This document shows, one piece after another, positions 1-8,111 of a DNA stretch of 44,827 bases. Position numbers and translations under genes: made by a program. The DNA comes from a virus (taxonomy: Duplodnaviria; Caudoviricetes), in IMG/VR virus record IMGVR_UViG_3300017747_002276, positions 1 to 44,827 of that record; one strand, 5' to 3'. Position 1 is the first letter of the stretch, and each line of letters opens with the position of its first letter. A model generated the notes under the pieces. It had not been told where the DNA came from. It did not search any database and worked only from the letters and a program-made list of their open reading frames with translations.

Positions 1-123
1 GGCTTTGAACGCCTGCACGATGGGGTCAAGTGTCTTGGTCATGTAATCCTCCTCTATGTTCGCGCCGGCCGGCATCTTGTCACTTCAAGGTTGCACTACG
101 GGACTGTGCCCCGGCCGTCGCGA
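1..123. repeat. 123-bp direct repeat identical to 44705-44827 (circular contig overlap)
   Basis: GGCTTTGAACGCC...CCGGCCGTCGCGA occurs identically at both ends. The repeat begins inside the CDS at 44474-44746. Confidence 0.97.
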
Positions 124-125
124 AC
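58..125 (-). other. Intergenic branched stem-loop
   Basis: GTTCGCG(58-64)/CGCGAAC(119-125) and CGGCCGG(66-72)/CCGGCCG(111-117) pair, with small internal hairpins GCAC/GTGC and CTTG/CAAG. Confidence 0.55.
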
Positions 126-129
126 TTCG

Positions 130-831
130 TTATGCCTTCTTGAGCGCAGCCAATGCCGTCAGATACTCGGCGCGCTTCTCTTGCGGGATGTTGCTCCCGT
201 TGACCGCTTTGCCCTTCTCCACGAAGGTGCCGGTCAGCGCACGGATCGCGGCGCTGTCGCCGGTCTCCTTGTACTTCTTCTGCACCGCGTCGTTCAGCTC
301 CACGTCGCTGATCGGCTTGGCCGGCGTCGCGTCGCCGAAGATGGCGTCCATGTCGTCAGAAGCGGATGCAGGAGACGCAGGTGCAGCCGGCTGCGATGCC
401 GGTGCAGCGTCCATGTTCGCCATGTCCGCAGTACCCGCAGCCGATCCAGCAGCCGAAGCGGGTTCGGCAGCGGCAGTCGTAGTGCCCGGTGCCTTGCGCG
501 GCTTGCGTGTCGTAGGGTCTTTGGCTGCGGCATCCTTCGCATTGAGGGCAGCAGCGGCAGCTTCCTTTGTGCCAGGAGCTGCCGGCGCAGCAGCCGCCTC
601 GGTTGAGGAGGGGGGAACCCGAACCTCAGCCGCCACTGCGCCAGCATTCGAGAGCCCGATCAGCGTGCGCACATAGTTGCGAGCGTTGGTCGCGGCAAGT
701 TGGGCGGTCTCGGCGTAGGCTTCCCCAGTTGGGACGCCGAAGTCGAACCGCGCTGTAGCCTTCGGAGAGCCGAACACGTTGGGTTCGCGCTGTTCCGAGT
801 ATTCGATGAAACCGCCTGTGATTTGTGACAT
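130..831 (-). CDS. Hypothetical Ala/Pro-rich replication-module protein
   Basis: ATG at 831 with RBS GGAGG. Low-complexity AP/TA linker and helical C-terminus. Lies between the SNF2 helicase and (across the junction) the DUF2800 gene. Confidence 0.75.
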   Translation of the reverse strand: MSQITGGFIEYSEQREPNVFGSPKATARFDFGVPTGEAYAETAQLAATNARNYVRTLIGLSNAGAVAAEVRVPPSSTEAAAAPAAPGTKEAAAAALNAKDAAAKDPTTRKPRKAPGTTTAAAEPASAAGSAAGTADMANMDAAPASQPAAPASPASASDDMDAIFGDATPAKPISDVELNDAVQKKYKETGDSAAIRALTGTFVEKGKAVNGSNIPQEKRAEYLTALAALKKA

Positions 832-868
832 TGAAGCCTCCAGTGAATTAGCCGAGAGCACCATGCTC

Positions 869-2587
869 TCAGTATCCTACTTTGTCAAGCACCTTATCCG
901 TTTCGTTCAGTTTACGGAGCGACGACGTGAGCACCATGTCGTCAATGGACCCAGGCGCAACCATGAAGTCCGCCTGCACGGTTCTTTGTTGGCCGCCGCG
1001 ATCCAGGCGGTCAACGCATTGTTGGTTTTCGCCCGGCACCCAGGAGCACTCGGCGAATATGGCGTGGTTGGCGACGAGCTGTAGGCCGTCAGTGCCGGTG
1101 CCGACCGATTGCATGTTGCCGAGCAGCACTTGTTTGCCGCCGTCCGTCTGGAACAGCTTCACTAGGTCACGCTTGCGCTGGGGGCCAACGCTTCCGTCAA
1201 TGCGGATGGTGCCGTACTTCGCCAGCTTGCGTTCCAGAATGTCCATCACTTCGATGTGCCATCCGAACACCACGATCTTTTCTTCGCCGCCGTCCATCAG
1301 CATCTCGATATGATCCGCGACCATGGGGGCCTTGGCGACGCCCATCATTCGGCGCACGACCGCAATGTGCCCGGCGTTGTCGAACGTCTGCTGCGCGAAT
1401 AGCTGCGCGTTGTTGGGGTCAATGTCGAGCATCTTCTCGGCTTGCAGCGCCTGACGGATTGCGCCGTTCGCTTCGATCTTGATGATATCGAAAACCGGCA
1501 TCTTGAGTTGCTTCATCACATCCCGCTTCAGGTGCCGGCACATGAAGTTAGCCCGCAGGCGCGCTTGCAGTTCGCCGTGACGCCCGGCCTTCTCAACCGT
1601 TCGGTTCACATACTCGACTTCGACAAGCCCGGTGCGCTCGTTGATGCGCTGCCGCGGGACTTGGATCGTGCAGCTCGGGTTGAAGCGGTTCTTGAAGCTG
1701 TCTTCGCTCATCCAATCGATAGCCTCGAAGTTGAGCGCACGCGCCAGGGTGTAGGCCTCGCGCGGACGATTGGGCAGCGGCGTACCCGTGAGAGCCATGA
1801 CCGATCCGCAGCGCTTGGCGAGGGCCTCGAATAGTATCTCGTAGTCGTATATGTCGCCATCCTCGTCGCGGAGCGCGCGGCGCATGTTGCCGGTGTGATC
1901 GCCGAACAGAGCATGAGTGCGCCCGCTGTCAGGCGTCTTGACATAGTGTCCCTCGTCAATGATCAGCAGATCGTATGTGCCGCGGGCTAATGCGGCACCG
2001 ATCTCAGGAGTTCTTGCAAGGTCATAGGAGACGATGGTCCACTCGGCCGTGGGGTTGACGCCACGGACCCCGGTGAGGATGGGGTACACGACGTATGGAA
2101 AGCGCATGGTAGACCAGTCTCGGATAAATTCGTTCCATTGCAGTCGAATGTTGGCCGGGCACACGACGAGGACGCGCTTCGCGCCGATCTCGTTAGCGTA
2201 GCAGATAGCAGTAGGCGTCTTCCCGAGCCCAGGCTGATCTCCAACCAACGTATTTTTCCGCGCGAGGGCGTAGACAACGTTAGCACGCTGAAAGGGCCAA
2301 AGCTCTTTGCCCGCAGGGCATCGGATGTGCGCACTGGTGTTCTCCGCTTTTGATAGAGCGATCTGCTCAGTGAGGGGGGCCAAGGTTTTCTTCGCGAGGG
2401 GTGTCCCAACGTCTGCGAAGGGACACGCCGCGTAATGCTCGCGAGTGAATAGGACGGCGTGCGTGCTGGTGCTGGCCGGCTCCGAGAAATCGAGGCCGTG
2501 CTCCACCATCATTGCCTTCGGGTCCGCTTCGCCGCGGGCGACGCGCAGCACGAATGCGTTGGTCTTGGGATTGAAGTCAAGCTGCAT
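869..2587 (-). CDS. SNF2-family (SF2) DNA helicase/ATPase
   Basis: Motif I DQPGLGKT, Ia VVCPANI, II IIDEGH, III LTGTP, RIDGS, V GTDGLQL, VI QCVDRLDRGGQ. Confidence 0.93.
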   Translation of the reverse strand: MQLDFNPKTNAFVLRVARGEADPKAMMVEHGLDFSEPASTSTHAVLFTREHYAACPFADVGTPLAKKTLAPLTEQIALSKAENTSAHIRCPAGKELWPFQRANVVYALARKNTLVGDQPGLGKTPTAICYANEIGAKRVLVVCPANIRLQWNEFIRDWSTMRFPYVVYPILTGVRGVNPTAEWTIVSYDLARTPEIGAALARGTYDLLIIDEGHYVKTPDSGRTHALFGDHTGNMRRALRDEDGDIYDYEILFEALAKRCGSVMALTGTPLPNRPREAYTLARALNFEAIDWMSEDSFKNRFNPSCTIQVPRQRINERTGLVEVEYVNRTVEKAGRHGELQARLRANFMCRHLKRDVMKQLKMPVFDIIKIEANGAIRQALQAEKMLDIDPNNAQLFAQQTFDNAGHIAVVRRMMGVAKAPMVADHIEMLMDGGEEKIVVFGWHIEVMDILERKLAKYGTIRIDGSVGPQRKRDLVKLFQTDGGKQVLLGNMQSVGTGTDGLQLVANHAIFAECSWVPGENQQCVDRLDRGGQQRTVQADFMVAPGSIDDMVLTSSLRKLNETDKVLDKVGY

Positions 2588-2801
2588 TTGTCAGTGCCTG
2601 TTTCAGTGCAGCCGATGGCGTAGCGCCGCGGCCGAAGTGGTGACAGAAGCGGTCGGTCTCGCGACCGGGAGGCCCACTGTCGGCCGGCTCAATGTTGCGA
2701 ACGTTCGCCTGCCATGTGCCGTCGTCCAGTTGGAACAGATTGTTCACGCGTAAGCCCACCATCTCCAGGGAGAGCAGCGTTTCTTCCAAGTCAGCGGGCA
2801 T
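2577..2801 (-). CDS. Hypothetical protein
   Basis: Start MPADLEETLL at 2801. Overlaps both neighbours in a tightly coupled operon. Confidence 0.6.
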   Translation of the reverse strand: MPADLEETLLSLEMVGLRVNNLFQLDDGTWQANVRNIEPADSGPPGRETDRFCHHFGRGATPSAALKQALTNAA

Positions 2802-3009
2802 AGGGGAAGCGCCTGTGACAGTGGTAGTCCCAGCGCCCCGGAATGAAAACTTTGCCGGCATGGATGGCGGGCACCCATCGGCGGTGCTTCTCGACACATG
2901 TGGGGCTGTCGTGGGACGTGTGCGTGTGCCAGCGTGCGTCGCCGCAGCCGAGCATGGCACCAGCACAGGCCGCCAGCAATGCGGCGCGCAATAGCAGGCG
3001 TCGGATCAT
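2791..3009 (-). CDS. Small putative lipoprotein
   Basis: MIRRLLLRAALLAACAGAMLGC: basic N-terminus, hydrophobic stretch and lipobox-like LAAC/MLGC. ATGA-coupled to the upstream gene. Confidence 0.6.
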   Translation of the reverse strand: MIRRLLLRAALLAACAGAMLGCGDARWHTHTSHDSPTCVEKHRRWVPAIHAGKVFIPGRWDYHCHRRFPYAR

Positions 3010-3428
3010 TTGTGCATCCTCCAGTGGCGGCCGTACGCGGCCTTCAGCACTTCTTCGTCGTCAACGTATTCGCCGGCCTTCGTCGCCGCTTCGATCATGT
3101 CGCGCAGTATCTCGCGGCGCAGTGCCATGACCGTGCGCGGGATGGGGACGCCTTCAGCACGCATCGCTTCGATGGCGTACTTATCAGCCTCGTACTCCTC
3201 GCGCCAGGGCGGCGGCGTAAATTTGTTAGTGTACTTCATGTGCCGCGAGTGAACATGACCGCACTCGTGCAGGAACGTGAACAGCGCGAAGCGCGAAGTG
3301 ATGGGCTCACAGGTGATCGACCGCTCGAAAGAGGTTACACCGTGGTTGACCTTCATCGCCCGCTCGACCAACTGATAGCCGCGCGGGCGATGACGCTTCA
3401 CAATGTCAGCGAACTTGCGATCCATCAC
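3006..3428 (-). CDS. Zincin-like metallopeptidase (ImmA/IrrE-like)
   Basis: RFALFTFLHECGH (HExxH) followed by EEYEADKYA (third ligand E). Confidence 0.75.
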   Translation of the reverse strand: MMDRKFADIVKRHRPRGYQLVERAMKVNHGVTSFERSITCEPITSRFALFTFLHECGHVHSRHMKYTNKFTPPPWREEYEADKYAIEAMRAEGVPIPRTVMALRREILRDMIEAATKAGEYVDDEEVLKAAYGRHWRMHK

Positions 3429-3667
3429 ACGTTGCGCCAGCGAACGCCCTTGGTCATGTGGTTGCTGCGTTCCTTGGCGGCGATCACATAGGCGTTGGAC
3501 GCCATGAACCGCGACCGCGACGCCTTGCGTTCTTTTGTTTCAACAAGGCGACGGTTCACGCGGCCGACCGTTCTGCGCTTGGCCGTCGTGCGCTTCTTCA
3601 CGACGAGCTGAGCTTCGGCCGGATTATGCTGGTGTATACGGAGCAATTGGATTAGTCTGTTTGTCAT
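3425..3667 (-). CDS. Small basic hypothetical protein
   Basis: Strong RBS AGAGGAGG before ATG 3667. First gene of the leftward operon, Arg/Lys-rich. Confidence 0.65.
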   Translation of the reverse strand: MTNRLIQLLRIHQHNPAEAQLVVKKRTTAKRRTVGRVNRRLVETKERKASRSRFMASNAYVIAAKERSNHMTKGVRWRNV

Positions 3668-3679
3668 GGGACCCTCCTC

Positions 3680-3709
3680 TTGACATTCAGTGTGCGTCCC
3701 TTATAGCAT
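3680..3709 (+). promoter_or_regulatory. Sigma70-like promoter for the prim-pol gene
   Basis: TTGACA(3680-3685)-N18-TAGCAT(3704-3709), just before ATG 3722. No Shine-Dalgarno, so possibly a very short leader. Confidence 0.5.
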
Positions 3710-3721
3710 ACGAAAGCTGCC

Positions 3722-5632
3722 ATGTCAAACGAACGATACACATCGCCTCTGCACCAATCTGCGCGAGAGTGGGCCGCGCAGGGCTTCCATGTATTTCCGA
3801 TCATTGCCGGGCGCAAAGAGCCAGTAGTGAAGGATTGGGAGGCCGCAGCCACAACGGATGCCGCGCAGATCGATGCGTGGTGGACAGTAGACCCCCATTG
3901 CAACATTGGCTTCGCTCCGGGACGTTCTGGCAGCATCGTCCTGGACGTTGATCCGCCCCTCGGCTTCGAGACGCTGAAGGTTCTCCCAAACCTTCCGGCG
4001 ACCTTCACGATCAAGTCGCCGAGGGGCGGATTGCATTTCTATTTCGATGGCGATGGTCCCACGTCGGTCGGCACCGACAAGCGAGGCCTTGGGCCAAAGA
4101 TAGACACGCGCGGCCTCGGCGGCTACGTGCTTATTCCGCCGAGCGTCATTGCGCCGGGCGAATATGCCAACAACAAAGAAGGTGGAAGCTATGAGTATGC
4201 GAACAAAGCCGACATTGCGCCCGTTCCAGAGTGGATCGGAGCTAAAATTGCACAGCGTCAAGAACGCCACGACGCAAGCGATAACGTCGTTCTCGATCAT
4301 CCTTCCAACGTCGCCCGAGCACGTTCGCTTCTTGAAACCTACATACGAACAGGTGATGTTGCTGTTGAAGGGCAAGGTGGTGACGATAGAACATACCGAC
4401 TTTGTGCTGAGCTTGCCAATCTCGGTCTCAGTGCAGAGCGGATGGCAGAAGTTTTGGAGCCTTGGAATGCCGCTTGCGTTCCGCCCTGGGAACCCGAAGA
4501 CCTTGCCGGCAAAATCGCCAACGCCCTCAACTACGCGCAGAACGAGCAAGGCGCATGGGCCGTCCAAGACCCGGCCACTGCGTTCGCGCACTACGAGGGG
4601 CCAGAGCCTGTGGAACACGGGGATCAGGTTCGACTGAAGCGCTCGCGCTTCTATCCCATGTCGTTGGACGAAGCGCACAGCGCCAAGAAGCCGAGCTGGA
4701 TCATCCCCGACTTCGTGCAGGCCGATAGCCTCACCGTGATCTTCGGCAAACTGAAGTCGTTCAAATCGTTCCTCGCACTGCACCTGTGCCTCGGCGTATC
4801 GGCCGGCGTCGAAGTGTTCGGGCATAAGCCCGAGCGCGGCTGCGTCGTGTACGCCGTAGGCGAAGGGCAATGGAACATCGCGCACGCCCATGCGCCGGCA
4901 TGGATGCTCGCGCACTCGGTCGAGGCCCCCGACTTCTACATCATCCCTACAGTGCCGAAGGTGATCTTCGGCGGCGACGACGGGGACGCCGCGCAGCTCG
5001 TGGCCCAGGTGAAAGCCCGCGGGCTAAAGCCGACAGCGGTTGTGATCGACACCATGGCGCGGTCCATCGGCGGCCTCGATGAGAACAGCGCGAAGGATGT
5101 GTCCACATTCGTCGCCGCGTGCGACTACATCCGTGAGGCGCTACACTGCGCCGTTATCGTGATCCACCACAGCGGCAAAGATAAGACCAAGGGCTCCCGC
5201 GGCTCCAGCGCTCTTGACGCCGCCGCCGACACGGTGATCGAGGTTGAGCGCCACCTGAAGACGATGTTCGTGTCGATGGCCGTGCGCGAGCAGCGCAATG
5301 CGCCTGAGCGCGAGAAGCCTTACTTCTTCGAGGGCCGCACCGTTGGCCCTAGCCTCGTCTTCTTCCCGGTCGAGGAGGCCGTCTTCGCCGCGGCCGTAGC
5401 CGAGGAGCACGTCACATCCAAGAAGAACGTCGCCGCCGCGCTCGTGCGCCTGGGGGCCAAAGGTGAAGCGAACGGGGTATCTACTGCCACTTTGGCTTCA
5501 AATATGGCTGTCCATCATGGCGACGTGGACCCGAAGGAGCTGGAGAAGGTTCTCAGCCGCGGCGCTAAGAAGTCCCCGCTCAACGCCTACTGCGCGGGCG
5601 AAGGCTCAGCACTCCGATGGTTCCTGATCTGA
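3722..5632 (+). CDS. Bifunctional DNA primase/polymerase (prim-pol) fused to RecA-like AAA_25 helicase
   Basis: Prim-pol motifs GFHVFP, NIG, VLDVD, SPRGGLHFYF, IDTRGLGGYVLIPPS. Helicase Walker A GKLKSFKS, Walker B VVIDT, IHHSGK..RGSSAL. Confidence 0.92.
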   Translation: MSNERYTSPLHQSAREWAAQGFHVFPIIAGRKEPVVKDWEAAATTDAAQIDAWWTVDPHCNIGFAPGRSGSIVLDVDPPLGFETLKVLPNLPATFTIKSPRGGLHFYFDGDGPTSVGTDKRGLGPKIDTRGLGGYVLIPPSVIAPGEYANNKEGGSYEYANKADIAPVPEWIGAKIAQRQERHDASDNVVLDHPSNVARARSLLETYIRTGDVAVEGQGGDDRTYRLCAELANLGLSAERMAEVLEPWNAACVPPWEPEDLAGKIANALNYAQNEQGAWAVQDPATAFAHYEGPEPVEHGDQVRLKRSRFYPMSLDEAHSAKKPSWIIPDFVQADSLTVIFGKLKSFKSFLALHLCLGVSAGVEVFGHKPERGCVVYAVGEGQWNIAHAHAPAWMLAHSVEAPDFYIIPTVPKVIFGGDDGDAAQLVAQVKARGLKPTAVVIDTMARSIGGLDENSAKDVSTFVAACDYIREALHCAVIVIHHSGKDKTKGSRGSSALDAAADTVIEVERHLKTMFVSMAVREQRNAPEREKPYFFEGRTVGPSLVFFPVEEAVFAAAVAEEHVTSKKNVAAALVRLGAKGEANGVSTATLASNMAVHHGDVDPKELEKVLSRGAKKSPLNAYCAGEGSALRWFLI

Positions 5633-5716
5633 TATACGAAACCATATCGGCCGCACGGTCTTATGTACTATACCCTATCAAAAGCGCGCCGTTTGATATG
5701 TTATACCCTATAAAAA
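5631..5716. repeat. AT-rich direct/inverted repeats between convergent operons
   Basis: TATACCCTAT at 5669-5678 and 5702-5711, each preceded by TATGT and followed by an A-run. Inverted repeat TATCAAA(5676-5682)/TTTGATA(5692-5698). Confidence 0.6.
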
Positions 5717-5744
5717 GAAGGCCCCAGGTTTCCCCAGGGCCTCT
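5712..5744 (-). terminator. Rho-independent terminator ending the leftward early operon
   Basis: Minus-strand RNA GGCCCUGGG-GAAA-CCUGGGGCC followed by UUCUUUUU. Confidence 0.85.
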
Positions 5745-5767
5745 CAGTCTCAGCCGGCAGCGCGGGA

Positions 5768-6241
5768 TCAGCGCAGCCCGACGACGGCCGTGAATGATTT
5801 GTGGCCCTGCACAGGTTCAAGAGCGAATGCAGCCGCCGCCCTGATCTGAGCGATCACGCTCTCGGCCTGCTCAGCCGGAAAGCTCAGATATGACGACGAT
5901 ATATCGCCGCGGAAGTTTTCCTTGAACCCAGCAACGCTGACAATCGGCTCAGCCGGGAGGCCCTTGTCGTTGTCGGCGGTGCAGTTGTTATTCTTGTAGC
6001 CCGTCACTTCGACCTTGAACGAAGTGGTGCGGACGGTCTTCAGTGGTACATTCATTTGGTTCTCCATATTGGGCGTTGGTGAAGCGGCGAACTGCGAGGC
6101 CCAACGTCCCATCGATGCGCCGTAGTAGTATTTCAGGGGGTGGTCGTAGCGCGCCATGTCCCAGCCATAGCCAACGCCAAGTGCCAAGTGCTGATTGGTG
6201 ATGGGGCGCTGCCAGCGCTCTCGTGCTGTTCCAATCTTCAT
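5768..6241 (-). CDS. Hypothetical protein (possible internal start at 6055)
   Basis: ATG 6241 is ATGA-coupled to the upstream gene. A second in-frame ATG at 6055 has its own GGAG RBS. Confidence 0.6.
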   Translation of the reverse strand: MKIGTARERWQRPITNQHLALGVGYGWDMARYDHPLKYYYGASMGRWASQFAASPTPNMENQMNVPLKTVRTTSFKVEVTGYKNNNCTADNDKGLPAEPIVSVAGFKENFRGDISSSYLSFPAEQAESVIAQIRAAAAFALEPVQGHKSFTAVVGLR

Positions 6242-6528
6242 GTGAATACCTTTTGTCCTTTCCATGTGTAGCCCCGCATTTTGCGCCCATAGGCGTAGAA
6301 CTCGCGGCCGTCCTGCGTCGCGAGGGGCAACCACTTCGCGAGCTTGGTTATGACCGTGAGCATTGTCTCGTCAGCCGAGGGATCGACCAAGGCCGCAAGC
6401 TCTTTGCTCGTGAGCCCCGGCAGATCGCAGGAGCGTTCGGCCAAAAGTTCGCGTATTGTGCTCTCAAGGAGCGCGTTGCGTTGCTTCCACGGCATCTGCC
6501 GGGCGTCGCCCCACAGGAATTTACTCAT
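6238..6528 (-). CDS. Hypothetical protein, possibly winged-helix DNA-binding
   Basis: MSKFLW start with GGAG RBS (alternative start 6543). LTSKELAALV helix pattern. Confidence 0.6.
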   Translation of the reverse strand: MSKFLWGDARQMPWKQRNALLESTIRELLAERSCDLPGLTSKELAALVDPSADETMLTVITKLAKWLPLATQDGREFYAYGRKMRGYTWKGQKVFT

Positions 6529-6796
6529 CGTAGGTTTCTCCATATCTCTCCTCGGCGAAGGTCTTCGATGCCGAGCGAGGGGGCCACGCGTCAGGCTGAG
6601 GGCCGCACACGTCGCCGCCGATCTGCCGGCGCTTGTTTGCCATCGCCATGCGCCGCAAGGCTGAGCCGGCACCCTGGAACTTGTCCCAGCACGCCGAACA
6701 ACCTGCGCCGTTGTTGCAGTGGGGTGGAAATAGGCCTTGGTACTGCGCCACGCGTGCGGCACTGCAATTGATGCCGGTGAGGTTCATTGGTTCCAT
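6521..6796 (-). CDS. Cys-rich hypothetical protein (possible Zn-binding)
   Basis: RBS AAGGAG before ATG 6796. C...PHCNNGAGCSACW pattern. Confidence 0.7.
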   Translation of the reverse strand: MEPMNLTGINCSAARVAQYQGLFPPHCNNGAGCSACWDKFQGAGSALRRMAMANKRRQIGGDVCGPQPDAWPPRSASKTFAEERYGETYDE

Positions 6797-6895
6797 TTTG
6801 CTCTCCTTCTTCTGCGCAGTTCGGCATCGCTTTTCAGCGTCTGCCGGGGAAAAATCTTTTTGTATGTTTCACTCGTGCCCTCCAGGGTTCAGTGT

Positions 6896-6924
6896 TTCTT
6901 ATACGAATGTCTGCCGGGTGTCAA
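6896..6924 (-). promoter_or_regulatory. Sigma70-like promoter containing a repeat motif in its spacer
   Basis: Minus strand TTGACA-CCCGGCAGACATTCGTA(17)-TAAGAA. Confidence 0.6.
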
Positions 6925-7247
6925 ATTGGCGTTCCGCCAGCGATCCAGGTTTTTCCGCTGTGCTCGTATCCCATGTCGCCAACCACATCGAACGCGATCC
7001 GCACGGCATCTGCCGGCGTTTCTGCCGTGACGTTGACGCGCAGCGGGGAAAAGACGCCAATAGCGCCCATCTGCCGGGCCTCGACTAGCACCTGATAGTT
7101 GCGCGGCGTCCGATCTGCCGGCTCAGCCATGGCTGCGGCGTCGTAGGTCGGCCGATACCCCAGCCGATCTGCCGGGCGTCCGATATGCCGGGCCGTATGG
7201 AGAATGCAGGGACCCCCACACAAGGGGCAATCGTTGTTGTCACTCAT
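6921..7247 (-). CDS. Hypothetical protein with N-terminal CPLCGGPC zinc-ribbon-like motif
   Basis: RBS GGAGG, ATGA-coupled. Carries five copies of the DNA motif. Confidence 0.65.
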   Translation of the reverse strand: MSDNNDCPLCGGPCILHTARHIGRPADRLGYRPTYDAAAMAEPADRTPRNYQVLVEARQMGAIGVFSPLRVNVTAETPADAVRIAFDVVGDMGYEHSGKTWIAGGTPI

Positions 7248-7339
7248 TGGCCGCCTCCCGCTGCGATGACAACCGCCAATAGGATATGGAGCAAAATTAG
7301 ACAGAATGTTGCACTGATTAAAAACCCTTCATATTTCAT
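7244..7339 (-). CDS. 31-aa single-TM membrane peptide (not in ORF track)
   Basis: MKYEGFLISATFCLILLHILLAVVIAAGGGQ. ATGA overlaps at both ends, GGAG RBS. Confidence 0.6.
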   Translation of the reverse strand: MKYEGFLISATFCLILLHILLAVVIAAGGGQ

Positions 7340-7920
7340 GATACGATCTCCAAGTGTAGCGCGCTGATCTCCTCGGCTGTCACAGCATAGGCCGGCGCGC
7401 GTTCATTGCACCAATTGTCCCAAAAACGGCGGCCTCGGCCTCGGCCGTAGGCAATACTAAAATAGTTGTCGATCTGTCGAGAGCTGAAACCCTGCACACT
7501 ACGGCCGCCGCGGAGAGCATGATTTTTGAAGCTGTCCATTGGTAGGCCAAGCTTGCGGAGATTGTGCGTGTCAAGGCAACCGATATCATGGCCTAGGAAC
7601 TGGCAAACGAAAGCGGCCTTGACAATGCCAAGCGAGGGGACACATAGCAGCCGCACCAACGCGTCGCGCGTGTTCTCCAGCGCGCAAACGTCGCGCCAAG
7701 TCGCTGTGGCGTGATCCTGCATATATTGCCACCCGTCGTATTTCATAGCAGGGTTTAGCGCGCTGGAGCTGTCCCCTACGCGCGCAACGTCTCGGAGCAT
7801 TGCAGGGACGCGAGTAATCGGTTGCTGAATTGATAGGATCGCGAACATGACGCCACGCGCGAACGTCTCGGGATCGCTGCGCATACCATCGCGAATTTTT
7901 GGAACGTGGTCAGCGTACAT
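7336..7920 (-). CDS. HhH-GPD DNA glycosylase/AP lyase-like protein
   Basis: LLCVPSLGIVKAAFVCQFLGHDIGCLDTHNLR fits the helix-hairpin-helix with catalytic Lys and downstream D-x-H. Start MYADHV with GAGG RBS. Confidence 0.7.
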   Translation of the reverse strand: MYADHVPKIRDGMRSDPETFARGVMFAILSIQQPITRVPAMLRDVARVGDSSSALNPAMKYDGWQYMQDHATATWRDVCALENTRDALVRLLCVPSLGIVKAAFVCQFLGHDIGCLDTHNLRKLGLPMDSFKNHALRGGRSVQGFSSRQIDNYFSIAYGRGRGRRFWDNWCNERAPAYAVTAEEISALHLEIVS

Positions 7921-8111
7921 TATAGGATCGCCTCTATGTTCCAGCGTGCACCATTGCGTCGCGCTGTATGCCATACGCCACCAATGCAAGCTGACCAATA
8001 TCGGCCTCCCGCATTGTCTCGGAATTCGTACCATATAGCAGGCCACCTGCCGATTGTAGCAGGTGGCCTCATATCCGATACGCTTGGCGCTGGGGGTTTC
8101 TTAGCCACCAT
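7920..8111 (-). CDS. Hypothetical Trp-rich small protein
   Basis: Fills the operon gap with overlaps at both ends. Contains an 11-bp perfect hairpin at 8040-8069. Confidence 0.45.
   Translation of the reverse strand: MVAKKPPAPSVSDMRPPATIGRWPAIWYEFRDNAGGRYWSACIGGVWHTARRNGARWNIEAIL

Larger units (their letters stand above)
6416..7192. repeat. Cluster of ten (A/G)TCTGCCGG(G/C) motifs
   Basis: Plus-strand copies start at 6494, 6621, 6839, 6909, 7008, 7069, 7113, 7167, with a variant ATATGCCGGG at 7183 and one inverted copy at 6416-6425. Confidence 0.9.

Noticed and set aside
1-123. Terminal repeat as a biological direct terminal repeat
   Set aside because: It begins inside a CDS in the middle of the replication operon, which fits an assembler circular overlap better. 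The real ends are more plausibly near 10.7 kb.
6416-7192. Motif cluster as a CRISPR or mini-CRISPR array
   Set aside because: The repeat is only about 10 bp, start-to-start spacing is irregular (16-218 bp), and the copies lie inside coding genes.
8040-8069. 11-bp perfect hairpin as a terminator
   Set aside because: No U-tract on either strand, and it lies within a probable CDS mid-operon. It could be another processing stem but is unsupported.
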